From an uncultured virus (IMG/VR IMGVR_UViG_3300037524_001600) (taxonomy: Duplodnaviria > Heunggongvirae > Uroviricota > Caudoviricetes), in the IMG/VR virus record IMGVR_UViG_3300037524_001600: 64,000 bases of DNA. One strand, 5' to 3'. Both the position numbers and the translations under genes were made by a program. How positions within the stretch are numbered: the stretch's first letter is position 1; each line of letters begins with the position of its first letter. The notes beneath the pieces were generated by a model, which saw only the letters and a program-made list of their open reading frames with translations, ran no database searches and had not been told where the DNA came from. This document shows positions 16,651 through 24,455 of this stretch, one piece after another.

Positions 16651-17075
16651 TTCTTCGCCTCCGTCCTCTCGTGGGCCCCGCTCAGCCTGCCCGCGCCCGC
16701 CTCCAGGATCGGCAGCCCCGCCTCCGTCGGCACGTACACCACCTGCATCTGGTTGGTCTGCAGACCCTGTATCCACAGGTAGCGGAGGTAGCCCTCGTTG
16801 CCGCGCAGGCTGTCTCCGATGATCCTGTTGGCCTCGGAGACGCCCTTGGCCCTCTCCACCTCGGCGTCCCCGAGCATCTTGGCGGACTCCAGTTTGGCCC
16901 TGGCCTCCTGGATGGCTATCTGCCTGTTCTGCTCGGCCCTCTTCAGCTCGGCCTCGCCAGCCAGCTGCTGCTGGTAGACGTTGTACTGCGGGCATCCCCA
17001 CATGCCCACCGCCGTCAGCAGGCCCAAAACTAACAGGCCCACCACGGAGTACGACACCATCGTTCTGTCTTCCAT
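16647..17075 (-). CDS. Membrane-anchored protein resembling the C-terminal part of SPFH/band-7 proteins
   Basis: N-terminal TM helix; PQYNVYQQQLAGEAEL...AKGVSEANRIIGDSL...YLRYLWI...YVPTEAGLPILEA. Confidence 0.75.
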   Translation of the reverse strand: MEDRTMVSYSVVGLLVLGLLTAVGMWGCPQYNVYQQQLAGEAELKRAEQNRQIAIQEARAKLESAKMLGDAEVERAKGVSEANRIIGDSLRGNEGYLRYLWIQGLQTNQMQVVYVPTEAGLPILEAGAGRLSGAHERTEAKK

Positions 17076-17092
17076 CGGATCTCCTTGAGTGA

Positions 17093-17136
17093 GACAGACT
17101 TCTGTCTGTCTGATAAGATTACAGGATCAGCGCGGC
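17093..17136 (-). promoter_or_regulatory. Class I (hairpin) putative phage promoter (variant)
   Basis: CCGCGCTGATC..AATCTTATCA-GACAGAC AGAA GTCTGTC followed by AGGAG and ATG. Confidence 0.6.
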
Positions 17137-17171
17137 GGGGCGGCGCACCGGCGTGCCGCGCACGGGTGGGA

Positions 17172-17402
17172 TTATGACCTGTTACCCGCGCCGCCCCTTT
17201 TCATTGTCAGGTACTCCGTCTCCGGCGTCCTGGGCCGTGGGTCCCTGTAGCCGTGTATCTTGCAGCGCTGCTGCGGCAGTAGTACCGACGGCGCGGCCCG
17301 GGGCAGCAGGCGCACGCACTCCGGGCAGGGCACGCCGTGTTTCTCCCTGGCCTCCCTGCGGCCGTCGCGGATGTATCGGCACATCTCCCCGTAGTCACTC
17401 AT
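17172..17402 (-). CDS. Hypothetical Zn-ribbon protein
   Basis: CPEC..CKIH; ATGA-coupled. Confidence 0.6.
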   Translation of the reverse strand: MSDYGEMCRYIRDGRREAREKHGVPCPECVRLLPRAAPSVLLPQQRCKIHGYRDPRPRTPETEYLTMKRGGAGNRS

Positions 17403-17863
17403 GGCATCAGCACGATCCCGCGCATCCACGGGATCACCTCCACCTTCAGCCCCAGGATCCGGCGTCCGAATCCCACCTCGGCGTCGAACGTGAACCAGCC
17501 GGGCTCGGCCTCGTCCATGATCTGCGAGTAGTCCTCGGATCCCACCAGGAGACGCTGCCCCTCCCTGTCGAAGTTCTCCAGCAGGTCCTTTTTCTGCGCG
17601 AACACCCTCTCTATGAACTTCGGCGGGTCCACGACGTGTTTCGTGAAGGTGACCCTCTCCAGGAAGCTGTTCTCAAGCGCCCCGGTCCTCTGTAGGAACC
17701 ACCAGGCGGCGCGCTGCGCGGCCGACAGGCGACCCCGCGGCCTGAAGTGGTACGAGTCGGGCTGCAGCTCCCTCGCGATCCGGCTCTCGTGCCGTATGAA
17801 CTCCACCCTCTGTTTCACGCGTAGTCTCCTGAATGAAGATTCGGTGCGGACACATCGGCTCAT
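17399..17863 (-). CDS. Hypothetical protein (LLVGSEDY...LGLKVEVIPWMRGIVLMP)
   Basis: GGAGG SD; protein-like C-terminal motif. Confidence 0.65.
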   Translation of the reverse strand: MSRCVRTESSFRRLRVKQRVEFIRHESRIARELQPDSYHFRPRGRLSAAQRAAWWFLQRTGALENSFLERVTFTKHVVDPPKFIERVFAQKKDLLENFDREGQRLLVGSEDYSQIMDEAEPGWFTFDAEVGFGRRILGLKVEVIPWMRGIVLMP

Positions 17864-18240
17864 CGGGCCTCCCGCCGCTCCGTTTAGCAATCGACGACCA
17901 AGCATTTTCCGATTGATGGTCGGTACTACTCTTTCGCCGCCCTGCTCCGGCTTCCCACTGCCGTCTGCTCCTTCTCTCCATGTTTGGCGGGGCGCACTGG
18001 TTTCACTTCCCCGAAATTTACTTCCACGTCTGTTCCTGGTTCCGCCCGCGATTCATGACTTCGCTGCTGTGCATCCACCACGATGCTTAACTTCGGCGTC
18101 CACGCTTCCGCAGTGCTTGGGCCTCGGGGTGAGCGGGCCACGTTCCCCTTGCGAAAAGTAGGCTACTCGCTGCACCACCGCGCCTGTTCCTGTAACAGTG
18201 CCGGCATGTCCCTACGGTGGCATCCGCTTTCACCCGTGTG

Positions 18241-18354
18241 TCATCCCATGAAGAACAGGTAGCTGCGAACGGCCACGGACGCCCAGAACCCGGCGAACAC
18301 CGCCAGGGCGACGCTTAACGCGGCCGCCACGACCGACTCCATTGCGTGTTTCAT
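18241..18354 (-). CDS. Small membrane protein (37 aa, absent from ORF track)
   Basis: AGGAG SD; single hydrophobic helix. Confidence 0.5.
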   Translation of the reverse strand: MKHAMESVVAAALSVALAVFAGFWASVAVRSYLFFMG

Positions 18355-18374
18355 CCCGTCTCCTGCAAATCCGT

Positions 18375-18695
18375 CTACAGCACCTCACTGAGGATCCTCC
18401 AGGACACGAGTCCCGTGTCGCCGAAGATCATCACTACCGGTTTGCCGACCAGACCGTTGAAGTAGACGGTCCTCGCGTCCTGCATCAGCTGGTACAACGC
18501 CTCCCCCACGGGCCGCCCGCTGGGCGGGTGCAGCCAGTCGCCCGGTACCAGCGGCCAGAATTCCGACACGCTCCTGCCCTGTCCAGACAGGTAGAAGTAG
18601 AAGCCGAGCTTTCCGTCCTGCGACGTCACGACCGCCGTGGTGATCTTACCGTACACCGTCTCCATGCGCCCCCCAGACTCTAGTGCGCGGCTCAT
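18375..18695 (-). CDS. Hypothetical protein
   Basis: LMQDA...LVGKPV...SWRILSEVL; coupled start. Confidence 0.65.
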   Translation of the reverse strand: MSRALESGGRMETVYGKITTAVVTSQDGKLGFYFYLSGQGRSVSEFWPLVPGDWLHPPSGRPVGEALYQLMQDARTVYFNGLVGKPVVMIFGDTGLVSWRILSEVL

Positions 18696-18847
18696 TCCGG
18701 TTTCACCTCCAGCTGCCCGTCGATGTCCAGCACGCTGTCGCCACCCTCGGACAGGGACTGGAAGTGGGCCGCCAGCAGCGCGAACGCCTCATCGACGTTC
18801 TCCGCGTCCATCTTGAAGCTACCCTCGAACACGAACACCATCTCCAT
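18692..18847 (-). CDS. Small acidic protein (51 aa, absent from ORF track)
   Basis: GAGGTG SD; MEMVFVFEGSFKMDAENVDEAFALLAAHF... Confidence 0.55.
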   Translation of the reverse strand: MEMVFVFEGSFKMDAENVDEAFALLAAHFQSLSEGGDSVLDIDGQLEVKPE

Positions 18848-18856
18848 CACCTCGCG

Positions 18857-18885
18857 AAAAAAGACCCCGGGCGGAGTGCCCGGGG
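18857..18885 (-). terminator. Intrinsic terminator
   Basis: CCCCGGGC ACTCC GCCCGGGG TCTTTTTT on the minus strand. Confidence 0.75.
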
Positions 18886-18898
18886 CGGGGTTGTGGGA

Positions 18899-19170
18899 GA
18901 GCCTTTTATACTGGACATGCTCAGGTCCGTTGCGCCGGAGTCTTCTGATACTCCGTCCGTGTCATGCGAGGCCCATCCGGTCTCCCGGGCAGGACCTCCG
19001 GCCGCAGCGGTAGCCGTTGCTGGGAGCCTTTTTACGACATGCTCGGGTCGGGGCCTTTTTGACGGCCGACGTGCCCAGGTCGGCTGGGGCGGAGCCGGAG
19101 AGGTCCCCTGACTCCACCCGGATTGGTCCGGCCGGGATGACATCCCTCTCGGGAAATGGTCCCGGCCCGC
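18899..19170 (-). ncRNA. Candidate structured RNA with three copies of a small pseudoknot
   Basis: Intergenic; copies at 18899-18928, 19024-19050 and 19051-19084 plus further hairpins; ends at a terminator. Confidence 0.6.
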
Positions 19171-19175
19171 CGTCG

Positions 19176-19739
19176 TCAGGCGGCCTTGGCGGCCTCTGCG
19201 GCGGCCTTCTCGGCGGCGCGCTTAGCGCGGTACGCCGCGAGGGCCTCCTGCGCCTTCTGGTTGACGACCTTCTTCTCGATGCCGGCGCCGTACGCGATCT
19301 GGATCTGCTCCTTATGCGAGAGGACCCACTCCGCCAGCTCGGCGTTGTTGTCCGAAGCGCCGAGCAGGGTGTTCCTGGCGGCTGTGGCCTTCTCCTCCTC
19401 CGTCATACGCTTCACGGTGGGCCAGCGGAACACCTCCAGGATGACGTCCGCGTGCTCGGAGACGAAGGCGAACTTCGGGTCGTTGGCCTCCTTGATCGCC
19501 TTGAGCGACTTGGCGAGCTTGTTCTGCTCGACCTTGGTGACCCGGCGGATCGTGCCGATGTCGAATGCGTTCTCGACGACGTCGCGATTGTCCAGGAGCC
19601 ACGTGGCAAGCTCGGTGTTGCCCTCGGTCAGGGGGCGGAGCGCCTCCAGGATTTTCGGGCGGCGCAGGTACTCGTTGGCCTCGGCCTTCGTGTTGAACTG
19701 CTTCCCGTCATCCGTGATAAATACCGATCTCACTTCCAT
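19176..19739 (-). CDS. Conserved hypothetical protein (FITDDGKQFNTKAEA...)
   Basis: Strong codon bias; AGGA SD; internal repeat 'NxELAxW'; Ala/Lys-rich tail. Confidence 0.8.
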   Translation of the reverse strand: MEVRSVFITDDGKQFNTKAEANEYLRRPKILEALRPLTEGNTELATWLLDNRDVVENAFDIGTIRRVTKVEQNKLAKSLKAIKEANDPKFAFVSEHADVILEVFRWPTVKRMTEEEKATAARNTLLGASDNNAELAEWVLSHKEQIQIAYGAGIEKKVVNQKAQEALAAYRAKRAAEKAAAEAAKAA

Positions 19740-19803
19740 TTATTGCGTCCTTTTGTTGTGACCGCCTGGTCGCCGGCGGCACGCGCCCTTCCAACCCGTT
19801 TCC

Positions 19804-19823
19804 GGGTTAACTCAACGGGTTCC
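19804..19823 (-). promoter_or_regulatory. Class II putative phage promoter
   Basis: Minus strand GGAACCCGTTGAGTTAACCC upstream of 19176..19739. Confidence 0.65.
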
Positions 19824-20066
19824 GGCAGCTGCACCGCGGTGCGCCGGCCCGCCTCTGCCGGGCACGAGGTGACGCCGGGCGGGGCGCGCCGCCCCTCCGG
19901 AGTCCCCCGTGCCGCCCGCGCCCGCGGTGCCACGCCGGGCGCGTCTGCCGCGGCCGGGGGATCGTCCCCGGCGGGCCGTGCCGGGTCGCACCTGTGGCAC
20001 ACCCAGCCCATTCTCAGATGATTCTCTCCTGTCCTGTACGTCCCCCTCTCCGATTGTGTCTTGCAC

Positions 20067-20321
20067 CTACTGCACCACGTCACCGCCGGGCTCCTTTTCG
20101 CTCAGATGCGCCTCGAACTTCTCCTTGAACTCGGCGGCGATATCCTTCCACGCGCTCGCGGATATCAGCTGATTCACGGCCAGCCTGGACTCGTCGGTCG
20201 CCAGCACAGCGTCGGCGTAGGTCTCCAGCGCGGCCATGACGAACAGCTGCACCAGAGCGCCCCTCCTGGAGTACGTCATCAGCTCCGTGACGAACTCGAC
20301 GTTGCTCAGTCTCTTCTTCAT
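20067..20321 (-). CDS. Hypothetical protein (SNVEFVTELM..S..GALVQLFVM)
   Basis: ATGA-coupled ORF. Confidence 0.65.
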   Translation of the reverse strand: MKKRLSNVEFVTELMTYSRRGALVQLFVMAALETYADAVLATDESRLAVNQLISASAWKDIAAEFKEKFEAHLSEKEPGGDVVQ

Positions 20322-21316
20322 TCGAAAATCTCGTCGATGACCTTCGCGATGTATGCCACGTCAGCCCTCCTGGGGTCCTCCGCCCTGAGCGCGTTTATGA
20401 GCTGGTGCATGTACGCCTGATCCACCCCTATCAGCTGTTCCCCGAGCACGGAGATATCCTCCAGATCCAGCTTGGACACCTGCAGCATCATCTTGAGGGC
20501 CTGTCCCGCCGTTATCCTCCAGCCCCTGGCTATGAATTTACGCATCCGGAACACCGACGCCAGCGGGTACAGGCTCCCCGTGTACACCAGGGTTTTGGAG
20601 AGTATCGCCGCGAGGGCCTCCCGCGGCACCTCGATCCTGTCCGCCCTGTAATCGTACCAGCACCGGCAGTGGTCGTAGTCGTAATTGTCGAGGATCTTGT
20701 CCGGCTCCCCGTAGAATCGGATGACGATCTGCACCCTGTCGGACAGAGTAACGGCATTCTCGGAGAAAAATATCGGTCTGTACTTCCCGCGATCCTCCTT
20801 GATCTTCTCCACGAACATCTCCGCGCTGCGGATGGGGTCGGACGCCACCATATCGTACAACTCGTCCGTATGGCGCAGTGTCTCCACGAACGCGTCGGCG
20901 GCTCTCTCCGGGGCGGATTCGAAATAGGCGTACTGCCCGGCGCCCTCGGAGGCCACTCCGGCGCTCTTCATATAGATGACGATCCTGTCCTCCAGCTCTC
21001 CGCGGATGTTCTCCCTGGTTTCCTCCCTAATCACCGGATTATGCGGCAGCGCTACGGCGGACGGCAGCTTCCCGTTATCCGCGTTGAACTTGTCCACGTA
21101 GTACCCGGCCACGAGCCTCGCGGACTCCTTGGTGCGCATGTACACGTCGTAATCGTTTACGCGCTCCTCCGACAGCATGCTGACAATGCACCCGCCGGAC
21201 ACGATCGCGTCATCGCGCACGGCGTCGCGAACGATCTCGCTCTCGATGGACTCTATCCACTCGTCTAGCTTGCGTCTGATCACCCTCTTTATGGTGCTCT
21301 GTTTCATTCCAGGCAT
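20318..21316 (-). CDS. Conserved phage protein with a nucleotidyltransferase-like motif
   Basis: IVSGGCIVSML...VNDYDVY (GG..DxD), SENAVTLS, YDYDHC, GSLYPL. Confidence 0.6.
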   Translation of the reverse strand: MPGMKQSTIKRVIRRKLDEWIESIESEIVRDAVRDDAIVSGGCIVSMLSEERVNDYDVYMRTKESARLVAGYYVDKFNADNGKLPSAVALPHNPVIREETRENIRGELEDRIVIYMKSAGVASEGAGQYAYFESAPERAADAFVETLRHTDELYDMVASDPIRSAEMFVEKIKEDRGKYRPIFFSENAVTLSDRVQIVIRFYGEPDKILDNYDYDHCRCWYDYRADRIEVPREALAAILSKTLVYTGSLYPLASVFRMRKFIARGWRITAGQALKMMLQVSKLDLEDISVLGEQLIGVDQAYMHQLINALRAEDPRRADVAYIAKVIDEIFE

Positions 21317-21335
21317 TGCATCTCCCGAGTTAAAT

Positions 21336-22241
21336 CTAGCCGTCTATCGTCATGTCCCTGAAACCGATGGCCCTGGGGAATCTGGGCAGATTTTTCGCGC
21401 CCCTCCCGAAGAATCGGAACTTCAGGCGGACACTCTCGTTGCCGATGTACATCTCCTTGTTCAGCCATATCCTGCGGCGCTCCTCGTGATCGAACACGCC
21501 GGGCGCCACGGACACCGCCTGCCCGTCCAGGTCCACCACGAATGCCCCGAGCGTGCCGGCCGCGAACAGACCGTCCTTTGTGGTGGACCGCTCCGCGTAG
21601 CCCAGAGCGTCGTGCTTCAGCTCGTTGAGGTTGGTCATCTGCTCCTCGACGCCCACGATAACGCCCTCGGTGTCCTCGAAGCGCTTCAGCTTGTAGATAA
21701 GGCCCTCCCCCCACGTGCCCCTGCCTTGCTTGTATACACCGACGGGGTCGCGCATCACTAAGCCCTCGAAACCGGCGGCCAGCATCCGCTCCTCGTAGTC
21801 CAGGAGTTCTTCCTCCCGTTCCACTAGATGATGCTCCAGGACCTCAATGTCGTCCTGCCGTCCGATTATCTTTTGGATCTTCTCCAGGCGCTCGTGAAAC
21901 GGACGGTGCAGCCAGTCCGGGGCGGTGTAATCGAATGCATAAAGCCTGATATCCCCCGGTTTGTCTTTCGACATCACATGACTCTGCGTCCTGTTACACA
22001 CGTCGTGATCCGCCGGATTTCCCTCCGCGATCTCCCCGTCGAAATGTTCATACGGCCCGAACTGGAACTGGACCTGGGCCGACGGCAGGGGCTTGAATTT
22101 ACGGGACATGACCACCCCGCCCTTCACCACCGCGCGTATCCCATCGATTTTCGGGGAGCATAGCAGGGGATACCGCAATTCCCTGAAATAGTTGGCGTAC
22201 CCCATCGGATCCTTCTGGGGGCACAGCATCGGTCTGAACAT
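21336..22241 (-). CDS. ATP-dependent DNA ligase
   Basis: SPKIDGIR (motif I), FDGEI, YAFD, GFEGLVMRD, KLK, PRFP. Confidence 0.92.
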   Translation of the reverse strand: MFRPMLCPQKDPMGYANYFRELRYPLLCSPKIDGIRAVVKGGVVMSRKFKPLPSAQVQFQFGPYEHFDGEIAEGNPADHDVCNRTQSHVMSKDKPGDIRLYAFDYTAPDWLHRPFHERLEKIQKIIGRQDDIEVLEHHLVEREEELLDYEERMLAAGFEGLVMRDPVGVYKQGRGTWGEGLIYKLKRFEDTEGVIVGVEEQMTNLNELKHDALGYAERSTTKDGLFAAGTLGAFVVDLDGQAVSVAPGVFDHEERRRIWLNKEMYIGNESVRLKFRFFGRGAKNLPRFPRAIGFRDMTIDG

Positions 22242-22249
22242 CGGCCTCC

Positions 22250-22537
22250 CTACATTGTTGGGTTGTCCGCCAGGATGTCCCGCAGACGCTGGAATCTCTG
22301 CTGCGGGTGATCCGTCAGGAATATGTCATCCAAATCCACCTCTCCGCCGGTCTGGTCCATGCGCAGGGCGCGCACCCACAGGCCGTGCACGATTAGCCCG
22401 TACGCCTGGAACTGCTGTATCGCGTGCAGGGAGAGCCCGATAAACCCCACCGGGTCCGCCGGCCAGTCCGCCGGGACTACATCGTCCGAATCCAGATACA
22501 GCGCTATTCTGTCGTCCTCCGGGCATTTTACCTGCAT
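22250..22537 (-). CDS. Hypothetical protein
   Basis: AGGAG SD; ORF track. Confidence 0.55.
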   Translation of the reverse strand: MQVKCPEDDRIALYLDSDDVVPADWPADPVGFIGLSLHAIQQFQAYGLIVHGLWVRALRMDQTGGEVDLDDIFLTDHPQQRFQRLRDILADNPTM

Positions 22538-22546
22538 TTGCGGCTC

Positions 22547-24448
22547 CTATCTGATCGGACAGTGCCCTGTCTCGCACTCCTCATTGGATTCATACTCTGC
22601 CTCTTCCACGCCGTATATGGGCGTCGTGACGGATACCAGCCTCTCGTACTCTTCTCTAGTGATCTCCTCGTACGGGGCCTGCGGGAATCCGTGGTCCGAG
22701 TGGAGGAGGAAGGACAGGGACTTGTGATTGTTCCGGTAGTGCTTGTGCAGGTAGTCCCGTATTGCGGGCAGCTCTTCTTTTCTGTAGTACACCGTGCACG
22801 AGACGGAGTTGTCGGACCACACCTCCTGCATCCGCCGGATCGCCTGCAGCTGGTCCAGCGCCGTCATCTGCGAGGCCAGCTTGGTGCCCTCCGGGTACGC
22901 GAACGGGAACGTCACGACCGCCGTGTTGTAGTTGACGGTGCCGTCCAGATTCCTGAGATGCTCCACAGGATAGCCGTGTTTCCTGCAGACGTCCACGAGC
23001 TTGTGGTTGGAATCGATGTTGATCCGGCGGTACATATACTGCGCGTACGCCGGATGTATACCCGGCGTGACCCCGGGCAGCAGCGACAGCGTCCCGGACG
23101 GCTTCACGGTGGTCAGCTTGATCGACGGGTTGACGTCGTGCATGGTGGAGTATCTCTCGTCGAAGTCCCGGAGGTACTCGTAGCACTCCCCGAGCCACGA
23201 CATCTGCTCTTTGGACGCCTGCATGATTCCGGTCAGTCCGATGCCCATCCGCATATTCTTGTGCACCACGGCCTCCGTCTCTGGATGATGCGAAGGCAGC
23301 ATCAGGCTGTGCTTGCAGATTCTGTAGAGCAGCTCGGCGCAGTCGAACAGCTCCTCCTTGGACTCGATGTTCGGCAGGAAGATCTCCGCCAGGCAGCACG
23401 TCTCCTTGTCCTCCAGGCTCTGCTCGGCGCACGGGTTGTATCCCATGACGTGCGGGTCGGGATACTGGTCCTCCCCGAGCCTGCCCACCTTCCTGGACAG
23501 GCGCAGATTGATCAGGCCGTACGGCTCCCCCTTTCCCTCGTATCCGGCCCAGAAGTACTCGTGCAGGTCACGGATATCGTCGCAGGCGACCGAGTTGTTG
23601 GACATCGCGCGCCACCGGGGTATGTTTCCTATATCCCAGCGTTTGGCCAGCAGATACTCGATATCGTCCGGGTCACCGATGGCTATCTGGGCGGAGCGGC
23701 GCACGTTGCCCGCCACGATGATGTCTCCGATGATGTTCATCATGTCCAGCGCGTCTATGGGGCGAATCTTCTTTCCGCGGCGCAGCTCCAGCACCCTGCT
23801 GATCTCGTTGATCCCGGAGCACAGATCCTCCGGGCCGGAGGCGACCCCGCCGAAGCCTTTTATGGGAGAGCCCTTACCGCGCACCACCTGCGTCGAGTAC
23901 GTGAATGTCCCCTTGGATATCGAGTCCGACAGGAACGCCGCCTTCAGGGTCTTTCCGAGGAACTTCACCCATCCTTCTCTGGAGTCCGGAATGATGAAGT
24001 CGGCCCCGCCGTGGTCCACGCGCTCCGGGGCCCTGAACCAGTCACGCACGGCCGGTATCTTCCCCACATGCTCCCTCTGGATGTTGTAGCCCACCCCGGA
24101 GCCCAGCGCCAGCATGTCCATAGTCCAGCAGAAGGGACGTATCGGGTGGTTGACCAGCGTGAAGGCGCAGTTCTGCAGGGAGGCCAGCCCGAGGCGGTCC
24201 ACAGTCTTCGTGCCGAGCTGCCACAGAAAGCGCCCGGCCGGGGTGCCCTTCAGCAGGAGTATGTACTCCAGCATCCGGTACTCCTCGTCCCGCGTAAATC
24301 CCACATTCAGCTGCTCGCGGCACGCCGCTATTACGCGTCTGGCGACCTCCGGCCACTCCTCGGTCCTTCCGGTGCCTTCCACTCTTCGCGAGTACGTCCT
24401 CTTGGCCGTCAGATAGCCGACCGAGCTCCAGGGGGTTACAATATCCAT
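22547..24448 (-). CDS. nrdJ: Class II (AdoCbl-dependent) ribonucleotide reductase
   Basis: KRTYSR, SLQNC, GNVRRSA, GYNPCAE, TTVKPSGT, WSDNSVS, C-terminal CETGHCPIR; no NrdB in the window. Confidence 0.92.
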   Translation of the reverse strand: MDIVTPWSSVGYLTAKRTYSRRVEGTGRTEEWPEVARRVIAACREQLNVGFTRDEEYRMLEYILLLKGTPAGRFLWQLGTKTVDRLGLASLQNCAFTLVNHPIRPFCWTMDMLALGSGVGYNIQREHVGKIPAVRDWFRAPERVDHGGADFIIPDSREGWVKFLGKTLKAAFLSDSISKGTFTYSTQVVRGKGSPIKGFGGVASGPEDLCSGINEISRVLELRRGKKIRPIDALDMMNIIGDIIVAGNVRRSAQIAIGDPDDIEYLLAKRWDIGNIPRWRAMSNNSVACDDIRDLHEYFWAGYEGKGEPYGLINLRLSRKVGRLGEDQYPDPHVMGYNPCAEQSLEDKETCCLAEIFLPNIESKEELFDCAELLYRICKHSLMLPSHHPETEAVVHKNMRMGIGLTGIMQASKEQMSWLGECYEYLRDFDERYSTMHDVNPSIKLTTVKPSGTLSLLPGVTPGIHPAYAQYMYRRINIDSNHKLVDVCRKHGYPVEHLRNLDGTVNYNTAVVTFPFAYPEGTKLASQMTALDQLQAIRRMQEVWSDNSVSCTVYYRKEELPAIRDYLHKHYRNNHKSLSFLLHSDHGFPQAPYEEITREEYERLVSVTTPIYGVEEAEYESNEECETGHCPIR

Positions 24449-24455
24449 GTTTTTC

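Noticed and set aside
18899..19084. Possible CRISPR mini-array
   Set aside because: The repeats are degenerate, spacing is irregular (0 and ~95 nt), structure rather than sequence is conserved, and no cas genes are present.
19730..20083. 117-aa ORF with two CxxC motifs
   Set aside because: The N-terminus is plausible, but the rest is low-complexity and runs over a class II motif and the next start; not enough support to call.
21325..21345. Sixth class II promoter copy (CGGCTAGATTTAACTC)
   Set aside because: It lacks the CCCGTT core, the spacing is off by one, and it overlaps the ligase stop.
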